This document shows, piece by piece, positions 21,718-30,902 of a stretch of 64,000 nucleotides of DNA. This DNA comes from Thermococcus sp. JdFR-02 (lineage in GTDB: Archaea > Methanobacteriota_B > Thermococci > Thermococcales > Thermococcaceae): assembly GCA_002009975.1 (NCBI GenBank), contig MTLP01000036.1, positions 1-64,000 on the forward strand, read 5' to 3'. The number at the start of each line of letters is the position of its first letter. The first letter of the stretch is position 1. Position numbers and translations under genes: made by a program. The notes beneath the pieces were generated by a model. It was not told the origin of the DNA, ran no database searches, and was given only the letters and a program-made list of their open reading frames with translations.

Positions 21718-23568
21718 TCACAGTTCGCTTGGGAATTTAATCGCATTAAACGGACACAGCTGATTACAAATCCCACAGCCGGTGCATATTAATGGATCAA
21801 TCATAACCTTCTTTTTCTCTGTATCGTAAACTAACGCTGGACATCCTGTTAGTGAAATACAAGCTTTACACCCTGTACATTTCTCTTCCACGACCTTTGG
21901 TATTTCCCCAATTTCCCCTCTTCTCAAAACTGGAATTATGCATTCTCTTTTTGCAATTATTACCGCAGGTCCCTTAAATTGCATGGCTTCTTTTATTGCC
22001 TCCTTTGTTTCTTTTAGATTGTATGGATCAACTGTTTTAACAAACTTAACCCCCAACCCCTTAACAACACTTTCAATGTCAATCTCGTTAAATTGCCTTC
22101 CAGTTTCACTTTGCCCAGTTCCTGGATGGGGTTGATGACCAGTCATAGCAGTTGTCCTATTATCTAAAATAAGCACTAAAACGTCCAAGTTTTTGTAAAC
22201 TGCATCAACTAATGGTGGAATTCCATTGTGGAAAAAGGTAGAATCTCCAATTGTTGCAACAATCTTTTTGTTCATAGCTATACTTTGACCATTAGCTAAA
22301 CTTATACTTGCTCCCATTACAAATTCTGTCCAAATCGCTTCCAATGGAGGCAATAATGAGAGAGCATAGCAGCCAATATCTCCATGAATTGGGAGTTCGT
22401 CTCTCTTATACCCAAGCTCTCTTAGAGCATCAAGCAAAGCCCTATAGCTACCTCTATGGGGACAGCCAGGACACATTGTGGGTGGTCTTTGGGGAGCTAA
22501 CTTTTCAGCTTCCTCAACTTCTCTAGGCTTTTGGTAAGCTTTAGCCTCTTCTCCAAGAAGCTTTAACAGAGCTTCTCTAACGATTTTTGGTGTTAGTTCT
22601 CCTTCCACAGGCAAATGCTTTGTCCTTTTTCCGTAAATTGGAATTGAAATTGCCTCTTCTTGAGCAATTACCTTAACCTCTTCTTCAACAAAAGAGGCAC
22701 CGTCTTCAACCACAATTACCTTTTCAACGCTCTTTAAGAACTCTGCAACCAATTTTTTCGGCATCGGATGAGGAGTTGAGAGCTTTAGAATTTTAAAATT
22801 ATCATTAATTTTGGCTAAAGCTTCTTTGACGTAATTGTAAGGTGCCCCAACAGTTATTATGCCATACTTTCCCTTCCCTTCAATCCAATTAAAGTTTAAA
22901 CTTTCAAACTCTTCTCTAATCTTTTCCAAGGTTTCGTTTAACCATTTGTGTCTCTGTAGATTTCCCTTCATTGAAGCTCTAACATATCTCAAAATATCTT
23001 TTTCAAACTTTGCTTCTCTGTTAAGTTTAAGGAACTCTCCAACTTCAACGTTTGCTGTGGTATGGTTAACCCTTGTTGTCGTTCTAAAGATAACAGGGAC
23101 TTTATATCTCTCGCTTAGCTCAAAGGCATATTTTATCAGATCATGAGCTTCTTGAGGATCATAAGGTTCCAAAACAGGTAAAAGAGCTATTTTACCATAA
23201 TACCTATCATCCTGTTCTGTTTGTGATGTATGGGGTCCAGGATCATCTGCAACCAAAATTACTAAGCCTCCCTCAACACCTGAATAAGCAAGACTCATTA
23301 GAGGATCAGCGGCTACATTTAATCCAACACACTTCATTGTAACCAAAGTTCTTAAGCCAGCATAAGCTACTCCAGCTGCTTCTTCCAAAGCGACTTTTTC
23401 ATTAGGTGCCCATTCGGCAAAAACTGATTTATCAAGAGAAGCTATCGTCTCAATAATTTCAGTTGAGGGTGTTCCAGGATAACCAGTTGCAAAAGCTATT
23501 CCACTCTCCAACGCTCCATAAGCTATTGCCTCATTGCCCATCAAAAGTTTTTGAGTCTTTTCCATCAT
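21718..23568 (-). CDS. iorA: Indolepyruvate:ferredoxin oxidoreductase alpha subunit
   Basis: GYPGTPSTE, NEKVALE, CPGCPH, GDIGCY, GDSTFFH and C-terminal 2x[4Fe-4S] motifs. Confidence 0.93.
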   Translation of the reverse strand: MMEKTQKLLMGNEAIAYGALESGIAFATGYPGTPSTEIIETIASLDKSVFAEWAPNEKVALEEAAGVAYAGLRTLVTMKCVGLNVAADPLMSLAYSGVEGGLVILVADDPGPHTSQTEQDDRYYGKIALLPVLEPYDPQEAHDLIKYAFELSERYKVPVIFRTTTRVNHTTANVEVGEFLKLNREAKFEKDILRYVRASMKGNLQRHKWLNETLEKIREEFESLNFNWIEGKGKYGIITVGAPYNYVKEALAKINDNFKILKLSTPHPMPKKLVAEFLKSVEKVIVVEDGASFVEEEVKVIAQEEAISIPIYGKRTKHLPVEGELTPKIVREALLKLLGEEAKAYQKPREVEEAEKLAPQRPPTMCPGCPHRGSYRALLDALRELGYKRDELPIHGDIGCYALSLLPPLEAIWTEFVMGASISLANGQSIAMNKKIVATIGDSTFFHNGIPPLVDAVYKNLDVLVLILDNRTTAMTGHQPHPGTGQSETGRQFNEIDIESVVKGLGVKFVKTVDPYNLKETKEAIKEAMQFKGPAVIIAKRECIIPVLRRGEIGEIPKVVEEKCTGCKACISLTGCPALVYDTEKKKVMIDPLICTGCGICNQLCPFNAIKFPSEL

Positions 23569-23649
23569 CACCACCAAATAAAATCTTTTACAAACATATA
23601 AAACTTATAATTAGAAGTATTCACAGAAAAAGCGAAAAATTTTCGGAAT

Positions 23650-23907
23650 CTATTTCTTATACCAGTACTTTGCATAGGCATCAAAAACTCTACCGTAAGC
23701 CCTGAAGGTTATGTAACCAATTAGTGTAAACGTGACAAGTATCATGAGTGTTGTTGGAGCGTCTGAAAACTTTAGCAGGGCATATACAAAGCCAACCATA
23801 GGAACCCCAACAACGATAATAATCACCGCCGCTATTATCCCCAAAAGAATTTTGTATCCATAACGCTCCATAAAAAGATCAAAATCCATACTCACCACCA
23901 AATTCAA
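23650..23907 (-). CDS. Small hypothetical membrane protein (2 TM)
   Basis: Hydrophobic ORF; probable start MDFDLF after GGTGG/GGTGA RBS. Confidence 0.65.
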   Translation of the reverse strand: MNLVVSMDFDLFMERYGYKILLGIIAAVIIIVVGVPMVGFVYALLKFSDAPTTLMILVTFTLIGYITFRAYGRVFDAYAKYWYKK

Positions 23908-23931
23908 CTTACGCTGTGCAAAAATAAAAAC

Positions 23932-24621
23932 TTAACGCCTTGAGGTTATTTCCAGTACCATGAAGGTTCTAGCAACTGGATTTGGGTAAAGTTCCCAATT
24001 GAGTTTTTCATCAAAATTTATCGGTAATTCCCCATAAAGACCTCCCTCCTTTGGATCCAAGCTTTTTCCAAGTATTTTATCGCTTAAAATTTTCACTTCC
24101 ATGTATCTAGGTAAGCCGATCCTCACATGCCCCTTCTTCATTGCATACTCAATACCCCATTTTGCAGAATATATTCCAGCAAAGATTTCTGCAATTCTAA
24201 CTATTGTGCTTTCTTTTCCAATTGTTAGGATCTCTACTCCAGTTTCTTCCCAAAACTTCTTTGCTATTGGTTGTAGCTCTTTACCAAGTTCTAACCAAAT
24301 TCTTTTTCCCCTCTCAGAAATTCTCAAGGCTTCAATTGTTGGTTTGTCAAGTTGTCTTAGAGGCAATCCTCCCAATGTTGAATCTAAATGAATTACATCG
24401 GCTTTAGTTTCTCGAGCTAATTGTATAGCCAAAAGAACCTCATCCTTTATCGCCTTTCTGCCGCTCAAATCATAATCAAAAGGATCGCCATATTTTACAA
24501 TGCTCTTTTTTGCAGTTATGTAGGGTTTTTCAACGTAAACAGCGGCAGTAGCTATCAGACCTAATGGATTATATTCCTCATCCAATACTGCTCCCCCTGT
24601 ATCAGAAGCAACTATTTTCAT
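23932..24621 (-). CDS. DUF4152-like protein (RNase H-like fold suspected)
   Basis: KIVASDTGG...IHLDSTLGG pattern. Confidence 0.7.
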   Translation of the reverse strand: MKIVASDTGGAVLDEEYNPLGLIATAAVYVEKPYITAKKSIVKYGDPFDYDLSGRKAIKDEVLLAIQLARETKADVIHLDSTLGGLPLRQLDKPTIEALRISERGKRIWLELGKELQPIAKKFWEETGVEILTIGKESTIVRIAEIFAGIYSAKWGIEYAMKKGHVRIGLPRYMEVKILSDKILGKSLDPKEGGLYGELPINFDEKLNWELYPNPVARTFMVLEITSRR

Positions 24622-24653
24622 ACTCTCACCCCATTAATTTGTGACATCAAGAA

Positions 24654-24707
24654 TAAATGGTTAGAGTTCGATCATCACTTCTCAGCATTTGACAAACTCG
24701 CCATCTA
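24654..24707 (-). ncRNA. Candidate K-loop-capped hairpin RNA
   Basis: Stems TAGATGG/CCATTTA and GAGTTTG/CGAACTC with G-U pairs only on the minus strand; apical CTGA-GAA-GTGATGA. Confidence 0.4.
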
Positions 24708-24789
24708 CACTAAAAACTTCCTTAACAGCCTTATTAAGTTAACTAAGCTTTAAAAGCTAAACGTGTTAAACATTGACTAAGGTGTTATT

Positions 24790-25224
24790 ATGAACGTTGA
24801 AAAGGTTATAGAGTCTTTAGGGGGAGAAATGCTCAATGTGGGAAAGCCTGTAAAGACAGTCGCTCAAGCTGCTAAGGCTACGAAGGCTTCCCCAAAACAA
24901 ATCATAAAATCCCTTGTGCTAATCTCTGAAAAAGGTCCAATATTAGCAATAGTAGATGGGGAATCAAAAGTTAGCTTTGAAAAAATTGAACAGCATTTTG
25001 GAAAGGTTAGATTGGCAACTCCAGAAGAGGTTAGAAAAATAACGGGGTTTGAAATTGGAGGGGTTCCTCCCGTAGGCATTAACATTAAAACAGTCATAGA
25101 TCCCAAGGTTCTTGAAAATGAGTTTGTAATTGGTGGAGGAGGAAGAATAGACAAACTCTGTAAACTTAACCCAAAAAAGATAATTGAGTATCAGAGAGCA
25201 GAAGTAATTGAGATTAGAAAATAA
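24790..25224 (+). CDS. YbaK/EbsC aminoacyl-tRNA deacylase family protein
   Basis: IIKSLV, LATPEEV..TGFEIGGVPPVG and GGG motifs. Confidence 0.9.
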   Translation: MNVEKVIESLGGEMLNVGKPVKTVAQAAKATKASPKQIIKSLVLISEKGPILAIVDGESKVSFEKIEQHFGKVRLATPEEVRKITGFEIGGVPPVGINIKTVIDPKVLENEFVIGGGGRIDKLCKLNPKKIIEYQRAEVIEIRK

Positions 25225-25545
25225 TCAGGGTATTTCCTTATCGTAAATCCTTAACGCATCTTCTCTAATGCTCTTTGCGATTTCCTCCGTTACACTTTCT
25301 AAAGCTAATTGATAGTTCTTGTATTTTTCAATCACATCATAAATGTCGGGATATCTAACCTTCATCATTCCCAAAGTTCCTTCTGGAGGTATGAGCATTC
25401 CCAAATCTCTATAAAGCAAGTAAGCGCTTATCCTAAATAAGACTCCAAGATAGTGGGAAAAGGCTATTTGGTAATTACCCTCTTCAAATGCCTTATTTGC
25501 TAAATCCATTATCTCATTAATCTTCTGTAACATTTCCTCTTCCAT
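25225..25545 (-). CDS. Hypothetical helical protein (HEPN-like N-terminus)
   Basis: LANKAFEEGNYQIAF resembles the first HEPN helices; no RxxxxH motif. Confidence 0.6.
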   Translation of the reverse strand: MEEEMLQKINEIMDLANKAFEEGNYQIAFSHYLGVLFRISAYLLYRDLGMLIPPEGTLGMMKVRYPDIYDVIEKYKNYQLALESVTEEIAKSIREDALRIYDKEIP

Positions 25546-25590
25546 ATCACATACCCCTAGATTTATCTAGGTTACATCCTAATTAAAACT

Positions 25591-26610
25591 TTGGAGATCA
25601 AGATGAGGAGAGGGAACTTTTTAGTTTGGGTAGTAGTTATTTTATTTATATTCTATTTAGCATGGAGAGTCATAGAACCGCTGATATCACCGATATTCTT
25701 TGCTGCCGTGCTTGTTTATGCTGTAAATCCAATACACAAGCGACTATCCTCGAAAATAGGAGAAGAGAAATCGTTTATACTATTGACAATACTGCTTGTT
25801 CTGATAGTTGTTATGATAACGGTTGAACTCATACTTCTCTTTAAAAAGGTCATGGAATCTGTTTATACCTACGTTGATCTGTTCCTAAAATGGTTTGAGA
25901 CTTTAACTTTGCCTTTTGGAATGGAAGAGGCAATACAAAAAGCCTATTCCCAGATAATGCCAAAGCTCTCAGAATACACGATAAATTACACCCTTTCAAT
26001 TCCAAAATACCTAATCCAAACGGTGATATTTTTAGCAGTCTTTTACTACTTCCTAACTCATGCAGAGAGTATAAAGATGGAGATATACAGCCTATTACCG
26101 AGAGATAATAGAGAGTTAGCCGAGAAGCTTTTAAGAAGAGCGGATCTAACTTTGCAAGCTTTGATTAGATCATGGCTGCTCTTAAACATCGCAAAAGGAA
26201 TAGTAATGACAGCAGGATTTCTAATTTTTGGCGTTACAGATTTAGCGGGTTCAATTGGTGCTGGACTGTTCACAATACTTTTCAGCTTTATTCCTCTATT
26301 TGAAGGTTGGATGGTGTGGCTTATCGGAGCAATATATCTTATAAAAAATGGTAATCCCACAACAGCGTTGCTATTGTCGATTTATGGATTTACTCTAGTC
26401 TCTCCCCTACCAGACTTTACAATAAGACCAAAAATCGTGGCTAAAGAAGCCAAATTAGATTCCATGATGGTTCTAATTGGAATGATTGGTGGAACAATGG
26501 CTTTTGGACTAAAAGGATTAATTGCTGGTCCTATAGTTCTAAATCTCGTCTCAGCTTTGATAAAGGAGTGGAAAAGACATGAAAGAGCTAAAGCAGTAAT
26601 CATAGAGTAG
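25591..26610 (+). CDS. AI-2E (PerM) family transporter
   Basis: IRPKIV...LIGMIGG..AFGLKGLIAGP motif. Confidence 0.88.
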   Translation: MEIKMRRGNFLVWVVVILFIFYLAWRVIEPLISPIFFAAVLVYAVNPIHKRLSSKIGEEKSFILLTILLVLIVVMITVELILLFKKVMESVYTYVDLFLKWFETLTLPFGMEEAIQKAYSQIMPKLSEYTINYTLSIPKYLIQTVIFLAVFYYFLTHAESIKMEIYSLLPRDNRELAEKLLRRADLTLQALIRSWLLLNIAKGIVMTAGFLIFGVTDLAGSIGAGLFTILFSFIPLFEGWMVWLIGAIYLIKNGNPTTALLLSIYGFTLVSPLPDFTIRPKIVAKEAKLDSMMVLIGMIGGTMAFGLKGLIAGPIVLNLVSALIKEWKRHERAKAVIIE

Positions 26611-27145
26611 CTATCTCAGCACCTTTTTCTTCCAGTTCTTTTATGACCTTTTCTTCGTCTTCTGGCTTAATGCCTTTAATAGCATCTTTTAAAATAACAA
26701 CCTCAAATCCAAGCTTTAAAGCGTCTAAAGCCGTTGCCCTAACACAGTACTCCGTTGCAACCCCACAGATATAAACCTTCTTAACGCCTTTCTCTTTCAG
26801 TATTTGCTCCAAATTTGTGCCTTCAAAACCAGAATAAGCCTCCTTATCCGGTTTATCAGCTTTTGAGATTATTATTGCATCTTCCGGTAATTTAATGACG
26901 AATTCTGCACCTTCCGTATTCTGAACACAGTGCTTGGGCCAAATTCCCCCATATTCCTTAAAACTCATGTGATTTTCAGGGTGCCAGTCTCTTGTTGCAA
27001 CAATTAGGGCATTTCTTTTCTTAAAAAGCTCAATATATTTCTCTATTCTTGGAATTATCTTATCTCCATTTGGAACTGGCAACGCTCCACCAGGCATGAA
27101 ATCCTTCTGCATATCAACAATTATTAGGGCTTCCATCTTTTCCAC
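26600..27145 (-). CDS. pncA: Nicotinamidase/pyrazinamidase
   Basis: IVDMQKDFMPGGAL, DWHP, WPKHCV and GVATEYCV motifs. Confidence 0.92.
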   Translation of the reverse strand: MEKMEALIIVDMQKDFMPGGALPVPNGDKIIPRIEKYIELFKKRNALIVATRDWHPENHMSFKEYGGIWPKHCVQNTEGAEFVIKLPEDAIIISKADKPDKEAYSGFEGTNLEQILKEKGVKKVYICGVATEYCVRATALDALKLGFEVVILKDAIKGIKPEDEEKVIKELEEKGAEIATL

Positions 27146-27178
27146 CGAACATATGTTCGATAAGGAACTATTTATCGT

Positions 27179-27583
27179 TTATCCCAAATCCAGCTTATCC
27201 CTAAACTTAAACATGTTCAAACCTTTATCCAGCCCGTAGAGATAGAGAACAATCCTTTTATCCAAGTCACCGTAACGTTTTGAAAACTCCTTAAGCTCCT
27301 CTAAAATCTCAAACTCATTCCAACCAAGTTCTTTTGCAATGTAGGAGAGCATTTCATTAAAAACATCGATTTTTTCCTCCTCTTCTTCAAGTTTTTCAGT
27401 GTTAATTACAAATTTATCTTCGATTACCTCAATAACTCCTTTTTCAATGGCATCATCTATCAGCTTCTTTGCTTCTTTAACCCCCATAATCCTCAATTTA
27501 AAAACAAGTATGCCAATTAGTTCTTGCTTCATAAACTCATTTGAGCCTTTGAAAAGAACAGCATCTTTCAATGCTTGCACCAA
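27179..27583 (-). CDS. DUF2240-like conserved archaeal protein
   Basis: Length and pattern (ALKDAVLFKG...EAKKLIDDAIEKG). Confidence 0.65.
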   Translation of the reverse strand: MVQALKDAVLFKGSNEFMKQELIGILVFKLRIMGVKEAKKLIDDAIEKGVIEVIEDKFVINTEKLEEEEEKIDVFNEMLSYIAKELGWNEFEILEELKEFSKRYGDLDKRIVLYLYGLDKGLNMFKFRDKLDLG

Positions 27584-27622
27584 AACTCACCAAATAAAAT
27601 TAGACATAAAAAGATAAAAGGT

Positions 27623-28261
27623 TTAGGCTCCAGGTCCTCCTCCACCACCCCAGAAGAACATTTCAAATGGGAAGTTGAATAGACTTGAGAGTTTCCCTCC
27701 TGGAGATTCTGGGAACAGCATATAGGAGGTCCTCAAAGACTTAACTTTTTTCCCTTCAACTTCATAGATGTAAATTTTAACAACCGGCAAGAGAGGGTAT
27801 CCCTGGGTAATGACCACTTGATCAATCTTTCTAACAAGCAGTCCTTCTCTCACAACATCTTGAAGCTTGTATGCTTTTAAAATGCCAAAAGATGGCATTC
27901 CAAGCTTTTTCATATTCTCAATGTCAAATCTGTAGAATTCATCGTCTTCCATATCCTTAATGAGTTCAGACAATGTGAAATGAGTTCCTGTTAACGTGAA
28001 AGAGTATGTGGATAGGTAGTAGTCTGTGAACTTAAATGCCGAAATAGACCACAGAGTAAGACCAATTAAAAGCCACGGCAGCCATTTTTTGAGGAAAACC
28101 CTAAAACCATACTGTATCCCTTCAAATGCTGGCTTTTTTATTAAAAGAAAATCTCTGTTTTTATATGCACCAAGGGCTATGATCACCCAAGAGAATATAT
28201 AATACAAGAGAAGCATGAAGAGGTATGCACCATAAGAGGGAGCATGCTCATAGTACGCCAT
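27623..28261 (-). CDS. Hypothetical membrane protein
   Basis: Two N-terminal TM segments; GGAGGTGG RBS. Confidence 0.7.
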   Translation of the reverse strand: MAYYEHAPSYGAYLFMLLLYYIFSWVIIALGAYKNRDFLLIKKPAFEGIQYGFRVFLKKWLPWLLIGLTLWSISAFKFTDYYLSTYSFTLTGTHFTLSELIKDMEDDEFYRFDIENMKKLGMPSFGILKAYKLQDVVREGLLVRKIDQVVITQGYPLLPVVKIYIYEVEGKKVKSLRTSYMLFPESPGGKLSSLFNFPFEMFFWGGGGGPGA

Positions 28262-28367
28262 TCTACCACCTCCAACTAAATCTAGTTATGTTAATACTTT
28301 TTCGATATTTAAAACTTTTGCAGCATTGTAAAAGTTAAGGATAAAAAGAAGAACTTAAAATTAAACT

Positions 28368-28778
28368 TTGGTGAGTGCAATGGAGCAAAGAACGCACAAC
28401 TTAACTTCAAAAAATCTGGTAGGAGAACCAATAAAAATTGAAGAGGGCTATGCTAAGGTTAAATTAAAAACAAGTGAAGAGATGATAGTTGATAAGTATA
28501 AACTCGTTCATGGAGGTTTTACTTTTGGTTTAGCTGATTATGCCGCAATGCTCGCTATCAATGAGCCAACTGTCGTCTTAGGAAAAGCTGAAGTCAAGTT
28601 TACTAAGCCTGTAAAGTTAGGGGATGAGATAACCGCAAAAGCGAAGGTTCGGGAAGATTTAGGGAAGAAAAAAGTCGTTTTCGTTGAAGTTTTTAACCAA
28701 GAAGACGAAAAAGTCTTTGAGGGAACTTTTTATTGTTACGTTTTAGATAAACACGTTCTAGAGAATAGAGGAGCATGA
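28368..28778 (+). CDS. PaaI/hotdog-fold thioesterase
   Basis: VHGGFTFGLADYAAM and FTKPV motifs. Confidence 0.88.
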   Translation: MVSAMEQRTHNLTSKNLVGEPIKIEEGYAKVKLKTSEEMIVDKYKLVHGGFTFGLADYAAMLAINEPTVVLGKAEVKFTKPVKLGDEITAKAKVREDLGKKKVVFVEVFNQEDEKVFEGTFYCYVLDKHVLENRGA

Positions 28779-28820
28779 GTCCCTTTCTTCTTTTATTACC
28801 ATCGCAAAGTGTTCCAGAGC

Positions 28821-30058
28821 TTTTTAATTCTTTTAAAGTCTTATTGGAACATGTTTACCTGAGGACTTTCCACGCTACTGTAGATACCTTTCAATTCTTT
28901 TAAAGTCTTATTGGAACTTTGGGTCCGTTTTGGGATTATATTTACAAGTCTCTCTTTCAATTCTTTTAAAGTCTTATTGGAACAATCAGTATCATGAAGT
29001 GGAGAGATGACGAACTCGTCTTTCAATTCTTTTAAAGTCTTATTGGAACATGCAATAAGAGAGCTTTACGCTGAGCTAAGAGAGCAAGGAGCTTTCAATT
29101 CTTTTAAAGTCTTATTGGAACAAAGATTTTGAAAGAAAGACTTGAGAAAAAAAGAGAACTTTCAATTCTTTTAAAGTCTTATTGGAACCTTTTCATTCGC
29201 AAAGTGGACGAAAATGCATTTATAGCTTTCAATTCTTTTAAAGTCTTATTGGAACTTGAAATGTTTCTGTATCTACGGCTATAATAAAACGCTTTCAATT
29301 CTTTTAAAGTCTTATTGGAACAAGAAATACAAAATAGTAGAGGAAAGAGAACTCGCAGACTTTCAATTCTTTTAAAGTCTTATTGGAACGCTTATTATGC
29401 TAACGAAAAAGCTTTGATTTGTCTTCTTTCAATTCTTTTAAAGTCTTATTGGAACAGAAGATGAGGCTTCATGAGGTGATTAGGATGGCTGTCTTTCAAT
29501 TCTTTTAAAGTCTTATTGGAACTGGCGATATAATTGAAAGGGAAGTGTTTGACGAAGAAACTTTCAATTCTTTTAAAGTCTTATTGGAACGCCTTATGAT
29601 ATATAATTCCAGAGTCCACAATTTCATCTTTCAATTCTTTTAAAGTCTTATTGGAACTTGATAGCAGGATGGATAAACAATCAATTCAAATTCAACTTTC
29701 AATTCTTTTAAAGTCTTATTGGAACGCGTTTAGAAGCTAAAAACTATATTGATAACAGAAAACCTTTCAATTCTTTTAAAGTCTTATTGGAACTATTTAG
29801 GTCAGGGCTATTATTCAGTGCTACGCACTTTCAATTCTTTTAAAGTCTTATTGGAACCCAGAATACATGACGAGATAACAAAACTTGCAAAGAACTTTCA
29901 ATTCTTTTAAAGTCTTATTGGAACCGTAGTAACAGGGGAGATAGAAAGAGAGACGATCTTACTTTCAATTCTTTTAAAGTCTTATTGGAACAAAGTGAGG
30001 GTAGAGGTCAGAGAGACTGGGGAGTATCCTTTCAATTCTTTTAAAGTCTTATTGGAAC
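28821..30058 (-). CRISPR. CRISPR array: 19 repeats of 30 bp (GTTCCAATAAGACTTTAAAAGAATTGAAAG on the minus strand) and 18 spacers of 34-42 bp; no adjacent cas genes
   Basis: Repeats counted from 28821 (degenerate trailer, 2 mismatches) to 30029-30058; ATTGAAAG 3' end and leader position give minus-strand orientation. Confidence 0.98.
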
Positions 30059-30540
30059 AGGGGCGAATTTTCCCCTATTTCCCCAATAAAACTCTAAAAG
30101 AACTCAAAATATAAAAGATTTTTGGCAAAGGGGAAGTAGCAGGTCGTATAAATGGGCTCAAATTCTGACAAATTTGCAACTCTTTTAAGCTATTAAGCTT
30201 GTAGGCTTTCACAACTCATGAAATGTACGACTTTATGAGGAAAATTGCAAAGCTTTTTTAAGCGTTCAAACTCAAAAATTTTCTCCTAAATACCTCAAAA
30301 CTAAAAATGGTCAAATTTTCAAGAGGAAAAGACATTAAAAAGTCATTGAAATTTTCAATTCAGAATGCATAAATTTAAAATGTCACAGTTTCTGCAGAAA
30401 TTCATGACATGATGTGATTTTATAACATTTGATTACTAAAAATGTGAGATTTGACAAAAAGACTCTAATCCAAAAACAAACACCTTAAGAGCAGAATTCT
30501 AGAGAAATGAAACCTTTCAGCAAGAACTGAAAAATATTCG
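30059..30540 (-). promoter_or_regulatory. CRISPR leader with BRE/TATA
   Basis: AT-rich non-coding ~480 bp next to the intact terminal repeat; minus strand CCAAAAATCTTTTATATT about 50 bp from the first repeat. Confidence 0.75.
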
Positions 30541-30574
30541 GTGTTGATATTTAAACGAAGACTTTATATACATA

Positions 30575-30591
30575 ATATCGAAATTCGATAT
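30575..30591. promoter_or_regulatory. Palindromic operator (probable PadR autoregulation)
   Basis: Perfect inverted repeat ATATCGAA-A-TTCGATAT just downstream of TATA TTTATATA (30563-30570). Confidence 0.7.
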
Positions 30592-30593
30592 CG

Positions 30594-30902
30594 GTGTTCG
30601 TTATGTTGCGAGAAATATTCCATGGGTTTATTAGAGTTCACATCCTTTATCATGCAAGTAAGGAACCTATGAGCGGAGCATTTATGATGAAAGAGCTGAG
30701 GAGACACGGTTACCACATAAGTCCCGGAACCCTTTACCCAATTCTCCACAAAATGGAAGCTCAGGGATTTTTGGAAGGTGAGTGGAAAGTCATTAATGGA
30801 AAGAGGGTTAAGCTGTACTCTATAACTGAAAAGGGTTTGGAAGTGCTTAAAGAGAGTAAAGCAAAGATTAAAGAACTCTTTGATGAAATTATGGAGGAAT
30901 GA
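30594..30902 (+). CDS. PadR family transcriptional regulator
   Basis: ISPGTLYPILHKME...YSITEKG motif. Confidence 0.92.
   Translation: MFVMLREIFHGFIRVHILYHASKEPMSGAFMMKELRRHGYHISPGTLYPILHKMEAQGFLEGEWKVINGKRVKLYSITEKGLEVLKESKAKIKELFDEIMEE

Noticed and set aside
21718-23568. iorA lacking an adjacent iorB
   Set aside because: A stand-alone second iorA copy is a known arrangement in Thermococcales
25556-25571. Inverted repeat CCTAGAT-TT-ATCTAGG between divergent genes
   Set aside because: Single instance, no candidate regulator or second copy; may be chance
28841-29026. 61-aa ORF in the ORF track
   Set aside because: Translation of CRISPR repeats and spacers
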